Source: a virus
Length of the DNA: 64,000 nt
Virus genome (UHGV): UHGV-1455077
Strand: one strand, 5' to 3'
The notes below the pieces were generated by a model. That model was not told the origin of the DNA and did no database searches. It saw only the letters and a list, made by a program, of their open reading frames with translations. The position numbers and the translations under genes were made by a program. Of this stretch, positions 1 through 6,660 are shown one piece after another. Each line of letters opens with the position of its first letter. Positions within the stretch are counted from its first letter, which is position 1.

Positions 1-450
1 ACTTTTTTTCTCTTGATATGCTCGTTCATATATATCAGCTAAAAATTTTGTTAATTCAATTAATTCTTGTTTAGTCATTTCTCTAGCATTTTCTGGTTTA
101 CCACTTACGTCCCAAATAGTTAATGTCATATTATCATCTAAATATTTCTGTAATAAAGTATAATATTGTTGAGAATATTCTGGCTCATACCATAAACCAT
201 TAGTATATTGAACAGGAGTAGTAACAACAAAATCAAACCAATCTTTAACTTTTTGAATTTCTTGTTCTTGAATACTTTTTAAATCAAAAGTAGTGTAAGG
301 ATAACCATTTTCATCAGTTGCTAATGCGTAGCCATTACTCATATCTTCATATAATTTTTTATGTAGTTCTTCTGTAATTTCGACTGCATTTTCTGGAATA
401 TTTGTATTAATTCCTTCAAAATAAAAACCATCTTTATAAAAAATTTTCAT
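1..450 (-). CDS. hypothetical protein, partial (start at 450, runs off the window edge); downstream of the tail-fibre gene, possibly a fibre assembly/accessory protein
   Basis: Open reading frame on the - strand from ATG (448-450) to the window start, MKIFYKDGFYFEGINTN...; no motif recognised. Confidence 0.4.
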   Translation of the reverse strand, partial: MKIFYKDGFYFEGINTNIPENAVEITEELHKKLYEDMSNGYALATDENGYPYTTFDLKSIQEQEIQKVKDWFDFVVTTPVQYTNGLWYEPEYSQQYYTLLQKYLDDNMTLTIWDVSGKPENAREMTKQELIELTKFLADIYERAYQEKKS

Positions 451-451
451 A

Positions 452-3208
452 TTAATATCCTTTTGCTACCCAATTAATTTCTTCAGATATACTTGTATCA
501 ACTGTAAATCCATCATTATCATAAGATAAAATTTTAATACCATTTGCCATTACATACAATAATTTATTTTTATAAGATTCTGGGAATGAAACTTTACCAT
601 TAACAGGTGTTGAAACACCCCATTGTTCTATAATTTTTGTAGCAAATTTATTTTCATCTTGAATCCAGCTTTCAATTTTATTCTCAAATAATGTTCCTGT
701 AAAGCCGCCACTTTGTGCAATAGTATTTAAATCTTGTGTTGGATAATTATTATATAAATGACAAGTATTATTACTTGTGAATGAACCTATTTTAGCATAT
801 CTTGTATAACCATCAGGCAATGTTGGAATTTCACCAGATTCTGTACCAATATCAACAATATCTCCTGTATCATTAGAAATAACAAATACATTAAACTTTG
901 TATTTTTTTTCATAGTTGTTGAAAATATTGCCATAATATCAATTTCATTTGCACCAACAGCATTTCCATATGAATTTTTAATTGTTAAACCAATAGTTTT
1001 GTCTATTTGTGGAGTTGGAATTTCAATGTGTGAGTGACCATAATCTTCATTTAATGCTGTAAATGAAGCAACCACATTTGATGGTTCAGCTACCCAAATA
1101 TCAATATCTTTAGAACGGTTTTCTAATCCAGAACCTTGATTGTAAAAATCAATAGCTGTTACACGTAAAGGATAAATTGCTGTATAATACCAAGTTGCAG
1201 AAGTAACATCTGTTAACCAACCATTACCTGTTTGTTTTAATCCATCCATTGCTCTATAACCTTCACGGTCAATCTGTGCAGATGAAGTTATAACTTTACC
1301 TAATGGTTGTGTATTACTTGTCATTACTGGTTGAATCCAAGTTTCTTGTTCATCTTTTAATGAACTACCATTATTATTTCCATCTTTAAATTTTTTATTT
1401 GGATTTTTAATAATAATTGAATTAATTTTTAATAAAACTGTTCCTGTTGAATCCATAATTGAACCTGGTTGAATAACAAGAGTATCATCAGCTTCATATG
1501 GATGTTCAGGGTATGTATCAGGAATTGTTCCATATATAATTTCTGATGTAAAACCATTTTGTGTATTTCTTAATTTAATATCACCTGCTAAAGTTTTTGT
1601 ATCAACTAAATTAAAATCTGATGCATCTTCATTAACTTGTGGAATTTTACCAGCATTATTAGTAAATGTTGTTAAAGATTTAATATTTAAATCTTCTTTT
1701 AAAGTATCTTTAGTAATTAACTCATAACCACTTTCATCTTGTTTTACTCTTAAATATTCTAATGAATGTGATGTTGGTCTTGGTAATTCTGTATTTATTA
1801 AAGTCATATTACCAAAAATTGTTACTTCAACTCGTGCTCCGCTTTCAATATTATCAGTAAATGTAATAATTGTTCCTGTTGTATCAATATTATAATTATC
1901 AGATTGAATTAAAGTATTACCAATATTAATCATTAATGAATTTTTATCATTAACTGAAACTGGTAATGTAATAGTATTTGTTTCATTAACTATATCAAAG
2001 AAATAATTTAATTTATTATAACCTGCTAAGAGTTGCCATTTTGAATTATCAAAAGGTTCGGAAGCAATATTATCTTCAAGACAAATATACATTGCATTAT
2101 CATAAATACAAACATTTCCTTTTGCAAATGATAATCCGACTTGCCATTGTATAATATTAGCTCTTTCATCATATGTATGCAATACCATATTTCCCATAGA
2201 TAAAACTTCAATTATTACACCAGCTGGAATTGGTTTAATAAAAGTAATTGTTTTATGGTCAGGTTCTAATGTATAATTTTGAGATTGTTGTAAAATGCCC
2301 CCAGCATTAATAATTACAACTTCTTTATTAGGAATTTCATCGGTTAAAGTAATTGAAGTTGTTTCTTCAGTTGCATTATAAAAAAATTCTCTTGCTGCTG
2401 AAAAACCTGCTAAAATTTTCCATTTACTTTCATCAAATCCAACATCAGATGTATGGTCTTCAATACATTCAAATAATGCATTTTCATAAATAACAACCGT
2501 TCCTTGTGAATATTCAGTATTTGGTGTCCAATCAACTAATGTTGCATCATTTGTACCAATAATTGTAAAATTAGGATAATCACCAGTAATAGCAATATTT
2601 TTACCAGGATTTAATGAAATAATTTGGTCAGGTTTAGTATTTGTAACAATATTATCACGAGAAATTGCAATACCATCACCAGCTGTATAACTATTATTAC
2701 TTGCTGAAATTAACACATTGTTTGAATCAGGAGAATATTCAACAGTAATATTTTGATTTCCTGGTTTAATATTTTGTTGAACTAAATATTTAGAACTATC
2801 AGGAAAATTAACTTTAAGTGAAACAGTATTGTCAGTTTCACTTGGAATAACTGATATTGATGAATCTTCAGCTTTAATATCTTCTTTAGTTAAAAAATCT
2901 TCAACAGGATGGTCAGTTGTTGAAATTGTAACTTTATTAGTATCTGGGTCAGTAGTTACAGTAATATTTGCACCTGCAACAATATCTTCAGATTTTAAAT
3001 TATCTTTTGTTAAATCTTCAACATCTTCAGCTGTTAAGTGAATTGATTTATTATCAATGTGTTCTTGAACTGTTTTTTCTGTTTCAGTTGTTGTTCCAGT
3101 AACATCTTCAACAATAGTTGCTAAAGTTTCTGGATTAATTTTTTGATAATCATCACCATTTTTAACAACTAATTCAGCAATTGTTTTATTATCTAAAATA
3201 CTAACCAT
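452..3208 (-). CDS. tail fibre / receptor-binding protein with two CBM5/12-like (chitin-binding type) repeats
   Basis: 918-aa ORF. Repeated motif W..(N/Q)..Y..G..V.Y....(F/Y).C..(D/H)..S......(S/N)KW..LAG occurs twice. Long Thr/Asn/Ser-rich beta-rich N-terminal region typical of fibres. AATAAATA late-promoter-like box upstream at 3240-3247. Confidence 0.6.
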   Translation of the reverse strand: MVSILDNKTIAELVVKNGDDYQKINPETLATIVEDVTGTTTETEKTVQEHIDNKSIHLTAEDVEDLTKDNLKSEDIVAGANITVTTDPDTNKVTISTTDHPVEDFLTKEDIKAEDSSISVIPSETDNTVSLKVNFPDSSKYLVQQNIKPGNQNITVEYSPDSNNVLISASNNSYTAGDGIAISRDNIVTNTKPDQIISLNPGKNIAITGDYPNFTIIGTNDATLVDWTPNTEYSQGTVVIYENALFECIEDHTSDVGFDESKWKILAGFSAAREFFYNATEETTSITLTDEIPNKEVVIINAGGILQQSQNYTLEPDHKTITFIKPIPAGVIIEVLSMGNMVLHTYDERANIIQWQVGLSFAKGNVCIYDNAMYICLEDNIASEPFDNSKWQLLAGYNKLNYFFDIVNETNTITLPVSVNDKNSLMINIGNTLIQSDNYNIDTTGTIITFTDNIESGARVEVTIFGNMTLINTELPRPTSHSLEYLRVKQDESGYELITKDTLKEDLNIKSLTTFTNNAGKIPQVNEDASDFNLVDTKTLAGDIKLRNTQNGFTSEIIYGTIPDTYPEHPYEADDTLVIQPGSIMDSTGTVLLKINSIIIKNPNKKFKDGNNNGSSLKDEQETWIQPVMTSNTQPLGKVITSSAQIDREGYRAMDGLKQTGNGWLTDVTSATWYYTAIYPLRVTAIDFYNQGSGLENRSKDIDIWVAEPSNVVASFTALNEDYGHSHIEIPTPQIDKTIGLTIKNSYGNAVGANEIDIMAIFSTTMKKNTKFNVFVISNDTGDIVDIGTESGEIPTLPDGYTRYAKIGSFTSNNTCHLYNNYPTQDLNTIAQSGGFTGTLFENKIESWIQDENKFATKIIEQWGVSTPVNGKVSFPESYKNKLLYVMANGIKILSYDNDGFTVDTSISEEINWVAKGY

Positions 3209-3239
3209 TTAATAATTCCTCTTGTAAATCTATAAAAGT

Positions 3240-3247
3240 ATTTATTC
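3240..3247 (-). promoter_or_regulatory. T4-type late-promoter-like box AATAAATA upstream of the 918-aa fibre gene
   Basis: - strand reads AATAAATA about 35 nt upstream of the ATG at 3208. Same 8-mer recurs upstream of other structural genes. Confidence 0.4.
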
Positions 3248-3306
3248 ACAGTTTGAAGTATTAAAAAGGTTTGTTCTTATTTATTAAATAAGAACAAAGG
3301 GAATAA

Positions 3307-3714
3307 ATGATGACAGATACAAGTAAATTACCTATTTCACGTGTTGGTGAATTAAATGATAAATTAAGTGAAATTAATAATCATCTTAATTTATTATCTA
3401 ATAAAATAACTGCATTAGAAAATAATTTATCTAATAAAAATTATGTAATGCAATATCCAACTATTACCGAAACAGGAAGAATAACAATTCCTGTCAATAC
3501 TGATTATACATTAACAGAAAATTGCTGGGTATGGTGGGGAAATACTGTTTATGTAGGAGATAGAATTTTTTATATCAATGGTATTATAATAGGAAGGTCA
3601 TATGGTCGTTCTGGAAGCTGGGAAGAATTTAATTCAATGTTTATCCCATTAAAAGCAGGAAATGTTATTAGACATACAGGAGATAATTCTATATGTTACA
3701 TTTATCCTAATTAA
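3307..3714 (+). CDS. hypothetical protein (MMTD-family small protein; paralog of 42669..43058)
   Basis: 135-aa ORF with N-terminal MMTDxSK and a coiled-coil-like segment followed by a Trp/Gly-rich C-terminus. Shares N-terminal signature with 42669..43058. Confidence 0.5.
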   Translation: MMTDTSKLPISRVGELNDKLSEINNHLNLLSNKITALENNLSNKNYVMQYPTITETGRITIPVNTDYTLTENCWVWWGNTVYVGDRIFYINGIIIGRSYGRSGSWEEFNSMFIPLKAGNVIRHTGDNSICYIYPN

Positions 3715-3720
3715 TAACAA

Positions 3721-3742
3721 AGCTCCCAAATGGGAGCTTAAC
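3721..3742 (+). terminator. hairpin aagctccca-aat-tgggagctt followed by T-rich tract
   Basis: Perfect 9-bp inverted repeat immediately after the stop codon of 3307..3714. Confidence 0.5.
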
Positions 3743-3744
3743 TT

Positions 3745-4055
3745 ATTTATGTATTATTTCAGTCGCAGTCATTTCTGTTGCAAGGATAACTGTTTCCCCA
3801 CTAAACATAAAAGCCTTCATCCGTTAGGATTAAGCAGCAATTACATTATAGTTATAGTTAACGTTTTCGTTAGCATTCATTTTATTTTGAACCGATATTG
3901 GTGGTATCTCGCCAGGTACATTATAGCCATTTTCAATAATGTTCAAAATTCCGTCCGCCCCTAATACATTGATTTTTCATAATATTTTCCTGGTGGAGCG
4001 GCTGGGAGTTAAACCCAGGTCACTATCATTTACTTTGGGATAATTTATCAGCACC
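3745..4055 (-). ncRNA. ssrA: tmRNA (ssrA-like), apparently circularly permuted (two-piece). Acceptor piece ends with CCA at 3981; coding piece starts GGGGCGG at 3951; tag ORF at 3874..3829.
   Basis: - strand reads ...CCTGGGTTTAACTCCCAGCCGCTCCACCA (T-arm, 3' acceptor strand, CCA), almost identical to the E. coli ssrA 3' end CGGGTTCAACTCCCGCCAGCTCCACCA. After 30 nt it reads GGGGCGG (complementary to CCGCTCC with one G-U). Then GCT AAC GAA AAC GTT AAC TAT AAC TAT AAT GTA ATT GCT GCT TAA = ANENVNYNYNVIAA*, and GCTGCTTAATCCTAAC resembles E. coli GCAGCTTAATAACC. Exact 5' and 3' boundaries not determined. Confidence 0.6.
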
Positions 4056-4064
4056 ATTCAAAAT

Positions 4065-4095
4065 TATTTATAAATTATTTTATTTTAATTGTCAA
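4065..4095 (-). promoter_or_regulatory. sigma70-like promoter (TTGACA-N16/17-TATAAA) oriented into the tmRNA gene
   Basis: - strand TTGACAattaaaataaaataattTATAAA. Member of a recurring intergenic TTGACA...TATAtt motif family. Confidence 0.4.
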
Positions 4096-4156
4096 TAAAA
4101 TAATTTAGGACATAAATACAGTTATAAGCAATTCACAAATTTAATAAAGGATTATA

Positions 4157-4960
4157 ATGATATATTATGTTTATCAAATAACAAATAAAATTAATAATAA
4201 AATTTACATTGGAAAAAGAAAATATAAAGGAGAAAATCCTTTATTAGATTCATATATGGGGTCAGGAAAATTAATTAAAGAAGCAATTAAAAAATATGGA
4301 AAAAATAATTTTCAAAAAAATATTATTCAAAGTTTTGATAATGAAAATGATGCTTTTAAATTAGAAAAAGAACTTGTAACAAAAGAATTCTGTAACAGAA
4401 AAGATACTTATAATATTCACGAAGGTGGTACAGGAAGTTTTTCTCACATTAATAATAAACCAATTGAAAAAAGAGAAAATATTATAGCTGTTAGAAAATT
4501 ATTAAATTCAGGAGTAAAATTTGGTGGAAAAAAATATTTTACAGAAGAAACTTATCAAAAAATTAGTAATTTTAATAAAGAACGATGGAAAACTTGGAAA
4601 GAAAAACCAGAATTAATGCCAGATTTTTATATAAAACCTCGTACAGAAAAATTTAAACAACATTTATCAGAAATTTTTAAAGGTCAAAATAATCCTAATT
4701 TTGGTAAACATTGGTATATTCATAAAAAAGCTATTAATATTAATGAAAAGAAAATGTTTTTTGATAATGAAATACCACAAGGTTTTATTACAGTAAAAGA
4801 ATGGAAAGATTTACATAAAAATAAGAAAAATAAAGCATATGGAAAACATTGGTATAATGATGGTAAACAAAATTATTTTTTATCCCCAGATGATGAAAAA
4901 ATTAAAATATTAAGTAAAGGGCGTATTGGTACTCTTTTTAAAAAAATTGAAAGTAATTAG
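4157..4960 (+). CDS. GIY-YIG family homing endonuclease (freestanding)
   Basis: N-terminus IYYVYQITNKINNKIYIGK...KYG matches the GIY-YIG module (compare I-TevI GIYQIKN..KVYVGS). 267 aa, Lys-rich C-terminal DNA-binding-like region. Confidence 0.7.
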   Translation: MIYYVYQITNKINNKIYIGKRKYKGENPLLDSYMGSGKLIKEAIKKYGKNNFQKNIIQSFDNENDAFKLEKELVTKEFCNRKDTYNIHEGGTGSFSHINNKPIEKRENIIAVRKLLNSGVKFGGKKYFTEETYQKISNFNKERWKTWKEKPELMPDFYIKPRTEKFKQHLSEIFKGQNNPNFGKHWYIHKKAININEKKMFFDNEIPQGFITVKEWKDLHKNKKNKAYGKHWYNDGKQNYFLSPDDEKIKILSKGRIGTLFKKIESN

Positions 4961-4997
4961 AAAAAGATTTATATTAAATTTTAATGGTTCAAAGTTT

Positions 4998-5113
4998 ATT
5001 CGTTTTGCAAGCTGGTGGTAATTGGAATGATTCATCTAACTACGGAGTTGGTTCACGTAATAGTAACAATTCCCGTGCTAATTTGAATGACAATAACTCG
5101 GTGCGGGGCTTGA
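4998..5113 (+). repeat. DGR template repeat (TR)
   Basis: attcgttttgcaagctggtggtaattggaatgattcatctaactacggagttggttcacgtaatagtaacaattcccgtgctaatttgaatgacaataactcggtgcggggcttga. Matches the reverse complement of 6675-6790 except at 18 TR-adenine positions and one T. In the target frame TR encodes QAGGNWNDSSNYGVGSRNSNNSRANLNDNNSVRGL (Asn AAY-rich). Confidence 0.85.
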
Positions 5114-5119
5114 TATAAT
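5111..5119 (+). promoter_or_regulatory. extended -10-like element TGATATAAT at the TR 3' boundary (possible RT promoter)
   Basis: cttgaTATAATc immediately after the TR/VR homology ends; about 120 nt upstream of the RT start. Confidence 0.25.
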
Positions 5120-5238
5120 CTCTTTTTTGAGCATTAGCTGAATTTTGAACCTTGTCTTAACAGGCTAAACATCAAAAACCAAAAAATAATATTAGTAAAA
5201 GAATTTGAACATATTATTTTTTATTAAGAGTAAAATAA

Positions 5239-6570
5239 ATGAAAAGAATTAATAATTTATGGCACGAATTTACTTCTCAAGAAAATTGGTTTATTGCTCG
5301 TAAAAGAGCTTTACAAGGCAAAGTTAAAAAGTTTTGTGTAAAAGCTATTATGAGAAAAGGTGATGAGTATTTAGAAAAAATTCGCCAAGAAGTAATTAAT
5401 GGAACTTTTGAATTTAAAGGTTATAAAGAACATACAATTTATGAACCTAAAGAAAGAAAAATATATGTTGCTCGGATTGAAGAAAGAATTTATCATTGGG
5501 CATCAATGATGATTGCTGAACGAATTTTTGAGCCAACATTTATTTATGATAGTTATTGTTGTCGTAAAAATAAAGGTCAACATAAATGTTCTGCCAGATG
5601 TAAAGAAATTGTTAAACATAATGATTATTGTTTAAAATTAGATATTTCAAAATTTTATCCAAATATTAATCATAACATATTAAAAGATTGTTTAGCAAGA
5701 AAAATTAAAGATGTAAAATTTTTAAATGCTTTATATGCTATTATTGATAGCCATAATAAAGATACTGGTAAAGGAATACCTATTGGAAATTATTCCTCGC
5801 AATTTTTTGGCAATATTTATATGACTAAATTGGATATGTTTGTTAAACATACTCTAAAATGTAAAAATTATTTAAGATATTGTGATGATTTTTGTCTATT
5901 TTCTAATGATAAAAAATACTTAAATTGGTGCAAAGAAAAAATAATTGAATTTGTTACTAATGAACTTGATATGAAATTAAGTAAATGTGATTTATTTAAA
6001 ACAAAGCAAGGTGTAGATTTTGTTGGATATAGGCATTTTCCACAATATACTTTAGTTAGAAAAAGAACTGCTAAAAAAGTTAAGAAAAGATTATTAAAAA
6101 TTCAATATAAATTGAATAATTGTAATCTTACACAAAAAGAACTTTTTAGAATGAATGGACAAGTTGCCAGCTCTTATGGTTGGTGTAAACACGCTGATTC
6201 ATATAGATTTATGAAAAAATATAAAATAGAAGAAAGCTTAAGGGAGATAATTATGAGATATTCAGAATTTAAAAATAAATTACATACAAATAAAATGTTA
6301 TCAATGAAAATAAACGATTTTATTAATAAAGAAATTACAATAACTGGTTGGGAATATTGTAAAAAGAAAGATGATGATGAAAAAGTTAAAACTGTTAAAA
6401 TCTTTTTACGTTATGATAATGAAGAAAAAATCATTATTACAAAAGCATCAGTTATTATTCGTGATTTAGAAGAAATTTCTCAATTAGAAAAAGAAGAAAA
6501 TACAAAAATATTTCCTTTTGAAACTGTATTGAAAAAAGATACAAAACGGAATTATTTTTATTTTGAATAG
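5239..6570 (+). CDS. DGR reverse transcriptase (Brt-like) with ~110-aa C-terminal extension
   Basis: Collinear with Bordetella phage BPP-1 Brt. N-terminus MKRINNLWHEFTSQENW vs MGKRHRNLIDQITTWENL. IYEPKERKIY vs VYEPKPRLIS. YDSYCCRKNKGQHK vs YTYACRPDKGTH. LKLDISKFYPNI vs LKSDFSKFFPSI. DGR-specific GIPIGNYSSQFFGNIY (IGxxxSQ replaces QGxxSP). Catalytic RYCDDFCLF (YxDD). GVDFVGYRHFP thumb motif. Confidence 0.85.
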   Translation: MKRINNLWHEFTSQENWFIARKRALQGKVKKFCVKAIMRKGDEYLEKIRQEVINGTFEFKGYKEHTIYEPKERKIYVARIEERIYHWASMMIAERIFEPTFIYDSYCCRKNKGQHKCSARCKEIVKHNDYCLKLDISKFYPNINHNILKDCLARKIKDVKFLNALYAIIDSHNKDTGKGIPIGNYSSQFFGNIYMTKLDMFVKHTLKCKNYLRYCDDFCLFSNDKKYLNWCKEKIIEFVTNELDMKLSKCDLFKTKQGVDFVGYRHFPQYTLVRKRTAKKVKKRLLKIQYKLNNCNLTQKELFRMNGQVASSYGWCKHADSYRFMKKYKIEESLREIIMRYSEFKNKLHTNKMLSMKINDFINKEITITGWEYCKKKDDDEKVKTVKIFLRYDNEEKIIITKASVIIRDLEEISQLEKEENTKIFPFETVLKKDTKRNYFYFE

Positions 6571-6660
6571 AGTTGGGCATCACAAGGATGCCCTGCTTAT
6601 AGTATTAAGACCGCACAAGGCGGTCTAAAAAAGAAGGATTTGAGTTTATCACTCAAATCC
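6571..6660. promoter_or_regulatory. three consecutive hairpins between the convergent RT and target genes, immediately 3' of VR
   Basis: gggcatcacaaggatgccc (7-bp stem), agaccgcacaaggcggtct (7-bp stem), ggatttgagtttatcactcaaatcc (10-bp stem overlapping the target stop codon). Confidence 0.5.

Noticed and set aside
2026-3041. Small ORFs 2026..2211 (-) and 2829..3041 (+) inside the 918-aa fibre gene
   Set aside because: Alternative-frame or antisense ORFs within a long coding region; no independent support.
3307-3714. Candidate Avd (accessory variability determinant) for the DGR
   Set aside because: It has a coiled-coil N-terminus plus a Trp/Gly-rich C-terminus rather than a compact basic four-helix bundle, and it has a paralogue far from the DGR. 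It is not convincingly Avd-like.
3662-3964. 100-aa + strand ORF listed in the track
   Set aside because: It lies antisense to the tmRNA gene and its terminator, has a low-complexity translation and no RBS. It is most likely spurious.
3745-4055. Interpretation of the tmRNA as a canonical one-piece ssrA gene
   Set aside because: The tRNA-like 3' end with CCA lies upstream (5') of the GGGGCGG 5' acceptor strand on the same strand. No CCGC(T/C)CCACCA end is found downstream of the tag region. A permuted order fits better.
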